Shown: positions 1 to 9,105 of the stretch, piece after piece
Layout of the letters: every line of letters starts with the position of its first letter
How positions within the stretch are numbered: position 1 is the stretch's first letter
Assembly (NCBI GenBank): GCA_021772635.1
Contig: JAJFLP010000076.1
Coordinates: 1,654-65,653, forward strand
Origin: Verrucomicrobiota bacterium
GTDB taxonomy: Bacteria > Verrucomicrobiota > Lentisphaeria > JABSQK01 > JAJFLO01
Length of the DNA stretch: 64,000 nucleotides
Direction: 5' to 3'
Notes under the pieces: generated by a model
The model's database searches: none
What the model saw: only the letters and a program-made list of their open reading frames with translations
What the model was told of the DNA's origin: nothing
Made by a program: the position numbers and the translations under genes

Positions 1-459
1 ATGATTCAGTTCGTCGCCAAGTCGCTGGGAGATATTCCAGACATCGAACTGGTTATCAAAATTCACCCGCAATCCCGCTACGAATTTGAAACTTCACGGG
101 CGAGTAAGTATATCACGAAGGCAGAATACAAAATCGAGCGGCGCCCGGTTCCGGAAGTACTAGGGGAAATCGACTTGGCTATAGTTTCGTACTCGACCGT
201 CGGATTAGAAGCGCTTCAATCTGGAGTTCCCGTCATCGAAATTCGGCCGGATTACGGGATCGACTGGGGACTATTTTCGGCAGCGGAAACTTCGCGCCAC
301 CTGGCATCGACTCCGATGGCGCTGCGCGACTTCGTTGGACGCGAGGATTGGACCGCAATGTTCGATGAGACGTCGGCGGCGACTCTGATCTCACGAGTTT
401 TTAAACCAGGCAATGTCACGGAACGATATGCGAATGCATTCGAAAAGGAATTGTCGTGA
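1..459 (+). CDS. Probably 5'-truncated capsule/polysaccharide biosynthesis protein (GT-B fold, KpsS/TagF-like C-terminus)
   Basis: IKIHP and SYSTVGLEALQSGVPVI motifs; overlaps the next GT gene by 4 nt; frame open at the window edge. Confidence 0.6.
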   Translation: MIQFVAKSLGDIPDIELVIKIHPQSRYEFETSRASKYITKAEYKIERRPVPEVLGEIDLAIVSYSTVGLEALQSGVPVIEIRPDYGIDWGLFSAAETSRHLASTPMALRDFVGREDWTAMFDETSAATLISRVFKPGNVTERYANAFEKELS

Positions 460-1652
460 ATATTGGAATTATTTCGTCGACATTTCTCCCCGGCCCGCAC
501 ACGGCGGGGATAGAAATATTCCTGTTCCACGAAGCCACAGAGCTGAGTAAACTCGGACATTCTGTTTCGTTGTTCACATCGAGAACCTCCCGCGGCTGGA
601 AGGATCAATTACCGTTTAACCTTGTGAACTACCTTCCGGGAACTTCTCTCCTATTTCAAATTTCTTCGCCACTGGCGAGAGCGTACTTGGAAATGCAGTT
701 GAGATTCTTTCAGAAAACGCGACCATCCGATATCTGGCATGTACACTTAGCGTATCCATTCGGGGTAGTTGCACTTCCTCTGTCGACAAAATTAAATATC
801 CCCAGCGTCCTCACGTGCCATGGACGAGATATCCAAAGATTGCCGGAAATCCACTACGGATATCGCCTGAATTCCTCGATTGATCGTTGGGTAAGACGAA
901 CGATTCCCTGCGCCGATCGAATAATCTCCGTCTCCCCGTCGGTTCGCAAGGAATTATCGGATATCGGCTATCCACTTCGAAGAATAGTAGACATCCCCTA
1001 TTGTATTGACTTCGCCAGATTATCGTCACAAGCCGACAAACAGGCACTACGTAAAAAGTTGGAGCTGCCGGAAACAGTGCCAGTGATTGTAACCGTCTCC
1101 AGAAATCATCCTAAAAAAGGCTATATATATTTGCTCCAGGCGCTGTCTATATTGAACAAGCGAGGGATTGAGTTTCTGTCTATTTGTATTGGCAAGGATA
1201 CTGAAGAACTGGAGGCCGATGCAGAACGGCTGGGAATCGGCGATAAATGCCGTTTCGTCGGAGAATGTCGCGTATCCTTCACACCCCCGAATATAGTCCT
1301 ACCCCCGGAGAAAGTCATTGAGTACTATCACGCGGCGGATTTGTTCGTATTACCATCACTTATCGAAACCTTTGGTATCGTCCTAATCGAGGCAATGGCG
1401 GCAGGGCTACCGGTGTTAACATCAGACGTAGACGGTTGCCGCGATGTAGTTCGCGACGATATAAACGGCTTATTGGCACCGCCTAAAGACGCAGTTTCAC
1501 TGGCAGAAAAGATCGAATTTATATTATCGAATAAGGGGCTTCAAGAACGACTGGTCTCTGCCGGGAGAGAATTTGCAAGCAATCTGTCACGGCAGAAAAT
1601 TGTAAAAGAATACGAAGAGCTATTCGAAAGTTTAGTACAGGATAACGACTAA
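456..1652 (+). CDS. Glycosyltransferase family 4
   Basis: N-terminal GT-B motif; FVLPSLIETFGIVLIEAMAAGLPV (E-x7-E). Confidence 0.92.
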   Translation: MNIGIISSTFLPGPHTAGIEIFLFHEATELSKLGHSVSLFTSRTSRGWKDQLPFNLVNYLPGTSLLFQISSPLARAYLEMQLRFFQKTRPSDIWHVHLAYPFGVVALPLSTKLNIPSVLTCHGRDIQRLPEIHYGYRLNSSIDRWVRRTIPCADRIISVSPSVRKELSDIGYPLRRIVDIPYCIDFARLSSQADKQALRKKLELPETVPVIVTVSRNHPKKGYIYLLQALSILNKRGIEFLSICIGKDTEELEADAERLGIGDKCRFVGECRVSFTPPNIVLPPEKVIEYYHAADLFVLPSLIETFGIVLIEAMAAGLPVLTSDVDGCRDVVRDDINGLLAPPKDAVSLAEKIEFILSNKGLQERLVSAGREFASNLSRQKIVKEYEELFESLVQDND

Positions 1653-1717
1653 ACGCGCACCTCCTGATCCTTTAAGCCGTACTGCCTTATCTCAATGCTT
1701 CGTAGCGCCGTATGCAT

Positions 1718-2508
1718 GAGAAAAGCTCCTACGAAACTTAAAGGATTGTCGATTGATATGATTGCTGGATTGACGATTGGAATATTCCGGAATTCTTCCA
1801 AATGATTACCATAAAAAAGTTTCGTTAAATATTAACCGAGGCTGCGAAACGGACTCGGACGGTTGCTCCTACGAAACTTGGTCATTTTGACACACTAGAG
1901 TGTGAACTCCAACGGCCTGTCTCTCCAGTATTCCAGATTACACGGGTGAAGCGCACGTTGGAGTTCACAACTTCAGTTGTGCTGGATCGCCGCTAACGGA
2001 ACACAGCTAAAGCTGTGAACTCCAACGGGCGCTACTCGCATACCAAAAGACTAGTATTGCAAAGGTCCCCGTTGGAGTTCACGCTTCAGCGTGTCTTAAC
2101 CCAAGTTCCCAACTAAAATACACCCGAGCGAAGCCGGGAGAAAAGCTCCTCTGAAACTTGGCGGAAATCTTCGACATTGAGAGCCCGTTTCGTATTGTAA
2201 AATGCGGGTTAAAAAGGGAACCCACTGGTGGGATCGTCTGAAACTTCAAACCGGTTTGAGGCCGCTTATCGCATTCAATATCGGCTCGATTGTGCGGCTT
2301 TTTGAGTTCAAGCTTTAGCTTGCAAGTCAGTATTACTGCAAGCTAAAGCTTGAACTCCAAAATACCGCCGAACCCAAGTTTCCTATATATATTAATCGAG
2401 CCGGTACGGCCCGGACGGTTGCTCCCTTTAAACTTGGCGAAAATCTTCGACATTGTGAGCCCGTTTCGTATTGTAAAATATGGGTTAAAAAGGAATCCCA
2501 CTGGTGGG
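1718..2508. repeat. Array of conserved ~60-bp units (AAGTTTC...GCTCCTACGAAACTT) separated by REP-containing segments, with an ~80-bp direct repeat
   Basis: Units at 1718-1739 (partial), 1817-1879, 2103-2159 and 2376-2435. GTTGGAGTTCA-type REP halves at 1900, 1956, 2002, 2070, 2302 and 2337. Direct repeat 2154-2232 vs 2430-2508. Confidence 0.8.
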
Positions 2509-2582
2509 CTCCTCGGAGATTAACAATTTCATTGGGAAGCCAGCCATAAAACATTGATCTCATCTCTTATGGAGTCAATAAA

Positions 2583-3683
2583 CTGCAACGCAAAATAAAT
2601 CTTCTATTCCTATGCAACGCCCCGAAAGTACTCGCGGGGGTCGAAAAAACCGCCCTAATTCTGAACGGCGAAGTAGATCGATCAAAATTTGATGTTCGGT
2701 TTATTCTAAATGGTTACGGCCCATTTTATGATGCGCTTTCGGAACAGGCCGCCGATGTCGAAGTAATACCCTACCCGAACCGCTTCTCCCCCCGATGGCG
2801 TCGTGGGCTTCAGCGAAATCTGAGTGAACGTCCTGCCGACGTGATTCAACTGCACCTGAGTCGCCTAAACGCTTTAGCACTTCGAACGAATGGTGCGAAG
2901 ATCGTCGAGCGACTGAATATGGACCGTCACCGATCATTCTTTTACCCGATGCGCTTCAAATTGGTTGATTCCATTACGTCAAACTGGATTGATCATTTCA
3001 TCGTCGTCTCACAAAGTTTGAAGGGAGAGTTCGTACAACGTGGATACCCGCCCGAGAAACTAACAGTCGTCCGCAATGGAATTGACACTCCGGACACGGT
3101 GGCGCGAGAAAAACTGAAACGTGAACTCGGAATTCCTGCCAACGAACTCCTGGTCGGCACTGCGGCCCGTTTAACCGAGCAGAAAGGTCTAGACGCCTTT
3201 CTCACAGTGGCAAGCAGGATAGCTGATACAGGTCGGAACGTACACTTCGCTATCGCCGGCGACGGCGAGCTGCGGAGTGACCTAGAACGACAGGCCGAAG
3301 CGCTTGGTATTTCGGCGCGGATCCATTTCTTGGGTTTCCGAAACGATATACTGGACGTAATCGCGGGCTTCGACCTGATGCTCTACTTGAGCCGCTGGGA
3401 ACCGTTTGCAAATACGATACTTGAGGCAATGGCAGTCGGAACGCCGGTTATTGCATCGGATGTCGGCGGAAATGCCGAAGTGATTGAGCACGGCAATAAC
3501 GGGCTCCTCGTTCCTCCAGACGATCCCGAAATAACTGCGAAACTTGTCAGTTCCGTATTGGGCGACGCAAATCAACGTGCGGTGCTCATCGACGGCGCCA
3601 GGCACACCGTCAAAAGATTTACCATCGAATCAATGGTTCGATCCCACGAAGCTGTTTATGAGCGAATCTACTCAAATCCATAG
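2583..3683 (+). CDS. Glycosyltransferase family 4, probable CTG start
   Basis: Frame is open upstream of the track ORF (2841) back to TAA at 2547. It reads LQRKINLLFLCNAPKVLAGVEK, a GT4 N-terminus; GGAG at 2571; WEPFANTILEAMAVG motif. Confidence 0.85.
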   Translation: MQRKINLLFLCNAPKVLAGVEKTALILNGEVDRSKFDVRFILNGYGPFYDALSEQAADVEVIPYPNRFSPRWRRGLQRNLSERPADVIQLHLSRLNALALRTNGAKIVERLNMDRHRSFFYPMRFKLVDSITSNWIDHFIVVSQSLKGEFVQRGYPPEKLTVVRNGIDTPDTVAREKLKRELGIPANELLVGTAARLTEQKGLDAFLTVASRIADTGRNVHFAIAGDGELRSDLERQAEALGISARIHFLGFRNDILDVIAGFDLMLYLSRWEPFANTILEAMAVGTPVIASDVGGNAEVIEHGNNGLLVPPDDPEITAKLVSSVLGDANQRAVLIDGARHTVKRFTIESMVRSHEAVYERIYSNP

Positions 3684-5538
3684 CCAATGGCGTCCACCCA
3701 TCCATCGCGCGTTCGTAATTTCGTCGGCGTTCTTTTTCGGGATAGTGGCGATGACGCTTGTGTACCAGTCCAAACTTGAGAAAGCTGAGCAAAAAGTAAC
3801 CCGGAATCTGGTTGTATTCGCAGAACCAGAACTAAGAACTCCGACTAGAGTTGTACCTTTGGAATTAGGCGACACGCTACGCGGCAAAGATTGGAAGTGG
3901 GAAGGATTTCCAGCGTTGGTCGGCCGATATATTCCGATTATTCGTTGGGGGAAGGTGTACGCAGTGGATCACGGAACGAGAGACACTAGCTATGTAGCTC
4001 CGGACGTCAGATATGAGACAAATTCAGGTACGGGCCGTCCAGATGCAACCCGATTAGTTCAACCGCTTACGTTTCTAAGTGCATTTCTGGTTGGGTTAGC
4101 GGTATTCCTCGCCATCAGGCACAAGTCCTCGTTTAAGTACGGGTTATTAGCCGCCGCCCTCTTAAGGTGTGCTTCATTGATATGGACGATTGCGCTATTC
4201 GGATTCTTCACGATTCACGCACACGATGAAACCCACTATTTTCAGATTGCACAGAAACTACTGTTGTGGGGAAGCGCTTTCGGCGAGTATCCATACACCG
4301 TAGGGAACCCGATGCTCTATCTCCCTTTTCTCATTCCAATGGATTCATATTCCGAGGTTGCGTGTATAGGAATCCTCGGAATCGGGTATTTCATTATTTT
4401 CGGTATCGGAATTTTAGGGTGTTATCTTTGGATTCTTCGGAATTTCGCCAATTCGCCAGGTGCGGGGCTAATCGGGGCGATGACACTCGCGGCTTTCCCT
4501 TGGTTGGTAAGGGTTTACCACGGGCCAAATGGCGTGTTCTCCTATTTCGGACTATGGCTGGAGCATCCGCTCGACCTCGCGTACATGGATACTTACTACT
4601 ATACCGACTTCGTAGGTTACAACGCAATGAGCGATTCGCCGGCGATTTTCTTCGGATTGCTCGGATTGATCGTACTATACCGTCAGGCGAATACAGGGAA
4701 GACGTTGCTTATCGCCGGCCTTCTCCTTGGGTTTTCCTGCATCATCCGGATCGCAGGTATCTTCTACCTTCTACCAGCCGGGTATCTTCTGATTAAGTCA
4801 AGCGAAAAGTGGAGTAAGTCCATGTTCGTTACGCTCATAGCGGGATTCTCAATTGCGCTCGTACCGCAGTTAGTATGGAACGGACTTATATTCGGTAACC
4901 CGCTGACGTTGGGATATGAGTTCCGGACGGCAGACTTCCGAGGTTTCGAAATCGGAAACGTGCGGAACGGTATAATGCTGTACGGCAGAGCGTTTCAGCA
5001 GCTGATGGCGATCTCTGCGTTGGCGTTGTTTATCGGAAGAAAACGGTTCCGATTCGCAAGTGCCTTCCTCGCGCTGATGATTCTTCCGACGCTGGTTTTC
5101 TACACCGGATATCATGCGATCGGGCAGAATCCAGTTCGCTTTATACTATTGCCGCTGACCGCGATGATATCTGCAATTGCGATTCTAATCGGGTCGACTC
5201 CGGACGACAAATCGAGGAGCCGTTGGACAATGATTGCGATCATCGCTGCCGCGCTGACGATTCCGGGAACAAATTTCATTGCCTACCTCATTCCGGTTCC
5301 AGGATGGTTTACTCCGGTGTTATTCATAACTTTGGCTATTCTTTCCTGGAGCGTTTCGCGAGCCGGCGAATACTCAGTTTTCTTCATCGTATTGGCGATA
5401 GGGTACCCGCCAATTACGTACGGTGCCCTGGTTCTTACGTGTTCCTGGATCATCGGGATCGAGTTGATATCTTTAGGTCGAGATAAAGGGTTTTTTGATA
5501 AGTTCAATGGTCTGAAACGATTGCCGATCCACGGGTGA
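3658..5538 (+). CDS. Polytopic membrane protein, GT-C/ArnT-PMT-like glycosyltransferase
   Basis: Many TM segments; HDETHYF acidic loop motif; lies in the glycan locus; ATG 3658 overlaps the upstream gene end. Confidence 0.6.
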   Translation: MSESTQIHSQWRPPIHRAFVISSAFFFGIVAMTLVYQSKLEKAEQKVTRNLVVFAEPELRTPTRVVPLELGDTLRGKDWKWEGFPALVGRYIPIIRWGKVYAVDHGTRDTSYVAPDVRYETNSGTGRPDATRLVQPLTFLSAFLVGLAVFLAIRHKSSFKYGLLAAALLRCASLIWTIALFGFFTIHAHDETHYFQIAQKLLLWGSAFGEYPYTVGNPMLYLPFLIPMDSYSEVACIGILGIGYFIIFGIGILGCYLWILRNFANSPGAGLIGAMTLAAFPWLVRVYHGPNGVFSYFGLWLEHPLDLAYMDTYYYTDFVGYNAMSDSPAIFFGLLGLIVLYRQANTGKTLLIAGLLLGFSCIIRIAGIFYLLPAGYLLIKSSEKWSKSMFVTLIAGFSIALVPQLVWNGLIFGNPLTLGYEFRTADFRGFEIGNVRNGIMLYGRAFQQLMAISALALFIGRKRFRFASAFLALMILPTLVFYTGYHAIGQNPVRFILLPLTAMISAIAILIGSTPDDKSRSRWTMIAIIAAALTIPGTNFIAYLIPVPGWFTPVLFITLAILSWSVSRAGEYSVFFIVLAIGYPPITYGALVLTCSWIIGIELISLGRDKGFFDKFNGLKRLPIHG

Positions 5539-5620
5539 TGCTTTCCTGGCATACCGCCGGTCAACACGTTCTTGACGTAGGGGTCGTTCTGATATCCAGC
5601 GCGAACTCTGCCTACAATCT

Positions 5621-6769
5621 ATGAAAATACTATTCGTTATTACCGAACTTTACGAAGGCGGAGCAGAGAATGCCTTGTGGCAGGTTGCCAGGGGGCTATC
5701 TGAACGCGATCACGAAATAGCAGTCGTCTGTCTTTACGGTGACGACGGTGACGTCGCGGTCAGACTTAGAAACGCCGAAATCGCGGTTCACTGCCTGAAT
5801 ATGGGTAAGGTTTCGCAGTGTTTCAAACTCCTCAAACTACGGTCAATCGTTAAGGAATTTAACCCTGACCTCGTTCATAGTTGGCTTTTTCACGCCAGCT
5901 TGGCGTCCCGGCTGTTTTTGCCGAGATCTGTCAATCTGATAAATAGTTTTAGAGTTGTCGAGCCACGGAGGGGACACGTACTTCTGGATCGGTGGACTCG
6001 CGGAAATGTTCGCAAGTTTATATGCGTTTCCAGCGACGTGATGGACTTCGCCCGAGGCCGATTGCATATAACGGACGACAAATGCGTTATAATCGGGAAC
6101 GGCGTCGACTTCGCGTTCTTCCAGGATTCGCGTGATAGTGAACGCGACTTTTCGGCTATCAATGGCCTCACAATCGCTCGCATAACGCAACAGAAGGGTA
6201 TCGACATTCTAATCGCGGCGTTGGCGCAGATTCCTGACACAATTGAGTGGCAATGGAAATTCGTTGGGGATACTCCGGAGCCAGCTTACTCTGAACGCGT
6301 ACAAAATCGGGCACGCGAATTGGGAATTGATAACAAAATCCAATGGGTTGGGTTTGTCAAAAGAGAGAATATTATCGACTACTACCGCGGGGCGAATTTA
6401 TTTGCCCTGCCTTCGCGTTGGGAAGGGCAGGCGAATGTCGTAATCGAGGCTATGGCCGCGGGAGTTCCAGTAATAAGCTCAAGAACGGACGGGATTAGCG
6501 ATCTTGCGACCCGAAACGAAGCGAGCCTGACACTGGTCAGTGATAATACCCCTGAGGAATGGCAAAAAGCCATTGAACGACTCTGGAACGATCCCGATAC
6601 CCTTAGAACCCAAATTTCAGCCGGCATTGACGTCGCGAAGGGATCTGGTTGGGAAGCTATAGTAGAAGCACATCTCAATCTCTATCAGAAGATCCTTTTG
6701 CAAGCCCCTTTTTCACGCGGGCGAAAAAGGGACTTGCAAAAGGATCGAATAAAAACGGGAAAAGTTTAG
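5621..6769 (+). CDS. Glycosyltransferase family 4
   Basis: MKILFVIT..GGAE N-terminus; LPSRWEGQANVVIEAMAAG. Confidence 0.92.
   Translation: MKILFVITELYEGGAENALWQVARGLSERDHEIAVVCLYGDDGDVAVRLRNAEIAVHCLNMGKVSQCFKLLKLRSIVKEFNPDLVHSWLFHASLASRLFLPRSVNLINSFRVVEPRRGHVLLDRWTRGNVRKFICVSSDVMDFARGRLHITDDKCVIIGNGVDFAFFQDSRDSERDFSAINGLTIARITQQKGIDILIAALAQIPDTIEWQWKFVGDTPEPAYSERVQNRARELGIDNKIQWVGFVKRENIIDYYRGANLFALPSRWEGQANVVIEAMAAGVPVISSRTDGISDLATRNEASLTLVSDNTPEEWQKAIERLWNDPDTLRTQISAGIDVAKGSGWEAIVEAHLNLYQKILLQAPFSRGRKRDLQKDRIKTGKV
6691..6746. repeat. 24-bp inverted repeat inside the 3' end of the GT4 gene
   Basis: gatccttttgcaagcccctttttc (6691-6714) / gaaaaagggacttgcaaaaggatc (6723-6746), one mismatch. 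Confidence 0.85.
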
Positions 6770-6770
6770 A

Positions 6771-8648
6771 ATGTGTGGAATTGCTGGAATTATCGATCCC
6801 ATCGCTCCCCCCGACTTGGAACTGTTGCGTTCCATGGCGGGACCACTGGAGAAAAGGGGTCCTGATGACTTCGGATATTACTTGAACGACTCCGCAGGTC
6901 TTGTACATCGTCGACTGTCTGTAATCGATATTGAAGGCGGAAAGCAGCCAATCTATAACGAAGACCGGAACCTAATTATCGTTTTTAACGGAGAGATTTA
7001 TAATCATCAGTCACTGCGGGAGAAATTGACTGCGAGCGGGCACCAATTTAAGTCGTCGTGCGATACAGAGGTTCTTGTTCACCTTTACGAGGAACAGGGC
7101 CCTGAAATGCTGAACTCGCTCAATGGCATGTTCGCTTTCGCGATTTACAACGAAGAAAGCGGTGAGCTTTTTCTAGCTCGCGATCGTTTCGGCCAGAAAC
7201 CGCTTTTCTATAGCCAGGCCGGTAACCGTTTGGCGTTTGCCAGCGGCCCGGCATCGATTGCGAAGCTTTCCTGGGTCGATCGCGAGATCGACTGCAGTGC
7301 CATTCACGATTATTTGGAGTACCAATACGTACCGACGCCACGATCTATCTATACCGGCATTCGTAAGTTACCGCCCGGACACTGGGCGGTATGGAAAGAT
7401 GGAGAAATGAAATCGGAACAATATTGGCGCCCACGGGTGTGTGGTGACTACCCGAATAGTTATTCGGAAGCGGCTGAGGAATTAAATTATAAGCTTCACC
7501 GCGCCGTCAAAAATCGCTTAGTCGCCGACGTTCCAGTCGGGCTATTTCTATCGGGGGGTATAGATTCGAGCTTGATTTGCGCGTTGGCACAGGAGCACCT
7601 CCCCGAATCCGCACACACATTCTCGATCGGGTTCCCAGAAAAAAAGTACGACGAACGTGAATATGCGCAAATCGTCGCGCAGCATCTCGGGACACAGCAC
7701 CATTTCCTCGAGGTTAATCCGAACGATTTCGAACGGCTCCGACAGATCGTTAGCTCATTCGAAGAGCCGTTCTGCGACGCGTCTATGCTGCCGACATCGT
7801 TACTGTCTCAATTCACCCGAGAACACGTCACCGTGGCATTAAGCGGCGACGGCGCGGATGAGTTGTTCGGCGGCTACTACCGCTACCGCATCATGCATCT
7901 GTGTCGCTATCTTTGTGTATGTCCATCGCCGCTTCGAAAGACCATAAAACGCCTGTTGCTGAGTATTCTGCCGCCAAGGACAGAGGAACGTACATTCTGG
8001 GGACGAATCCGGAGACTCGTAGAAATCAGTGATACCGACGGACTCGAACAATATCTTCGATTAATCTCGCGGTGTCCATCGACACTGAAGGAACGTCTGT
8101 ACGGCCAGCGCCTACGCGAACAAAAAAATCCGCGCGACTCCGTTGAAGTCCTGGCCGCGTTAGCAATTCCAGGGGATGAGCGATCCGGAGTCGATGCCAT
8201 AATGGAGACGGACCTTAAAAGTTATCTTAATGATGATATTCTAGTGAAAGTTGACCGCGCCAGCATGGCGTACGGGCTGGAAGTTCGTAGTCCCTTTCTG
8301 GATGTTGAAGTTGCGGAACTGGCCATGTCACTACCGTATAAGTGGAAACAACGGGGAATGCAGCGAAAGCGTATTCTCGTGGATACGTTCCGGTCGCATT
8401 TACCGGACGCTATTGTTAATCGCCCGAAAATGGGTTTCGGCGTGCCGATAGCCCGATGGCTACGCAGCGACTGGCGCGACCAGGTACAATCACTACTCTT
8501 AGAGGGAAGTCTGGTTCGCGACGGTTTTTTCCTAAGAGATAGTGTGGAATCACTGCTGACAATGCACTGTAAAGAGCAAGCTGATTACAGCTACACTATT
8601 TTCGCATTATTAATACTTGAGCTGTGGATTCAGGAAAGGATAGAATAA
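6771..8648 (+). CDS. asnB: Asparagine synthase (glutamine-hydrolysing) family amidotransferase, probably glycan-amidating
   Basis: MCGIAG Ntn start, RGPD, FNGEIYN, LSGGIDSS, SGDGADELFGGY, KMGF. Confidence 0.93.
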   Translation: MCGIAGIIDPIAPPDLELLRSMAGPLEKRGPDDFGYYLNDSAGLVHRRLSVIDIEGGKQPIYNEDRNLIIVFNGEIYNHQSLREKLTASGHQFKSSCDTEVLVHLYEEQGPEMLNSLNGMFAFAIYNEESGELFLARDRFGQKPLFYSQAGNRLAFASGPASIAKLSWVDREIDCSAIHDYLEYQYVPTPRSIYTGIRKLPPGHWAVWKDGEMKSEQYWRPRVCGDYPNSYSEAAEELNYKLHRAVKNRLVADVPVGLFLSGGIDSSLICALAQEHLPESAHTFSIGFPEKKYDEREYAQIVAQHLGTQHHFLEVNPNDFERLRQIVSSFEEPFCDASMLPTSLLSQFTREHVTVALSGDGADELFGGYYRYRIMHLCRYLCVCPSPLRKTIKRLLLSILPPRTEERTFWGRIRRLVEISDTDGLEQYLRLISRCPSTLKERLYGQRLREQKNPRDSVEVLAALAIPGDERSGVDAIMETDLKSYLNDDILVKVDRASMAYGLEVRSPFLDVEVAELAMSLPYKWKQRGMQRKRILVDTFRSHLPDAIVNRPKMGFGVPIARWLRSDWRDQVQSLLLEGSLVRDGFFLRDSVESLLTMHCKEQADYSYTIFALLILELWIQERIE

Positions 8649-8679
8649 TGAACATCCAATATCCAACAAGAAATACCCA

Positions 8680-8976
8680 ATGACTAAGGAAAGGGAATAC
8701 GATCTGGAAGATCGGTTGATCGATTACGCTGTTCGGATCATCAAGCTTTCTGAAGCGTTGCCGGAGACAAAGGCCGGCAAACATGTGTCTTCACAGATCT
8801 TAAGGAGCGGGACGTCGCCCGCTCCAAACTACGGAGAGGCCCAAAGCGCGGAATCCAAGGCTGATTTTATCCACAAGCTCAAGGTTTCCCTTAAGGAACT
8901 CCGAGAAATTTCCGTTGCGATTTTCTCCAAACTGTTTCAATACCAACAGCTCGGTTCCCGTTGTACGGCTGGATAA
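8680..8976 (+). pseudogene. Four-helix-bundle protein (TIGR02436 / 23S-rRNA IVP-like) with truncated or replaced C-terminus
   Basis: QILRSGTSPAPNYGEAQSAESKADFIHKLKVSLKELRE, after which family similarity is lost; flanked by a perfect 19-bp IR (8654-8672 / 8977-8995). Confidence 0.75.
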
Positions 8977-9105
8977 TTCTTGTTGGATATTGGATATTGA
9001 AAAGGAAGAGATCGAGTGCCATTTACGCTTCATTGATAGAGTACTGAATTCCCTTCCGTTGGGGCAAATTATTTTCCAAATCATTCAAAATTGTAGGATA
9101 GTATA

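Noticed and set aside
1718-2508. CRISPR array or integron cassette array
   Set aside because: Units are degenerate and ~60 bp, spacers are irregular and palindromic, and there are no cas or intI genes and no attC core pattern.
8680-8976. DGR accessory gene (Avd)
   Set aside because: No reverse transcriptase and no template/variable repeat pair recognised in the window.
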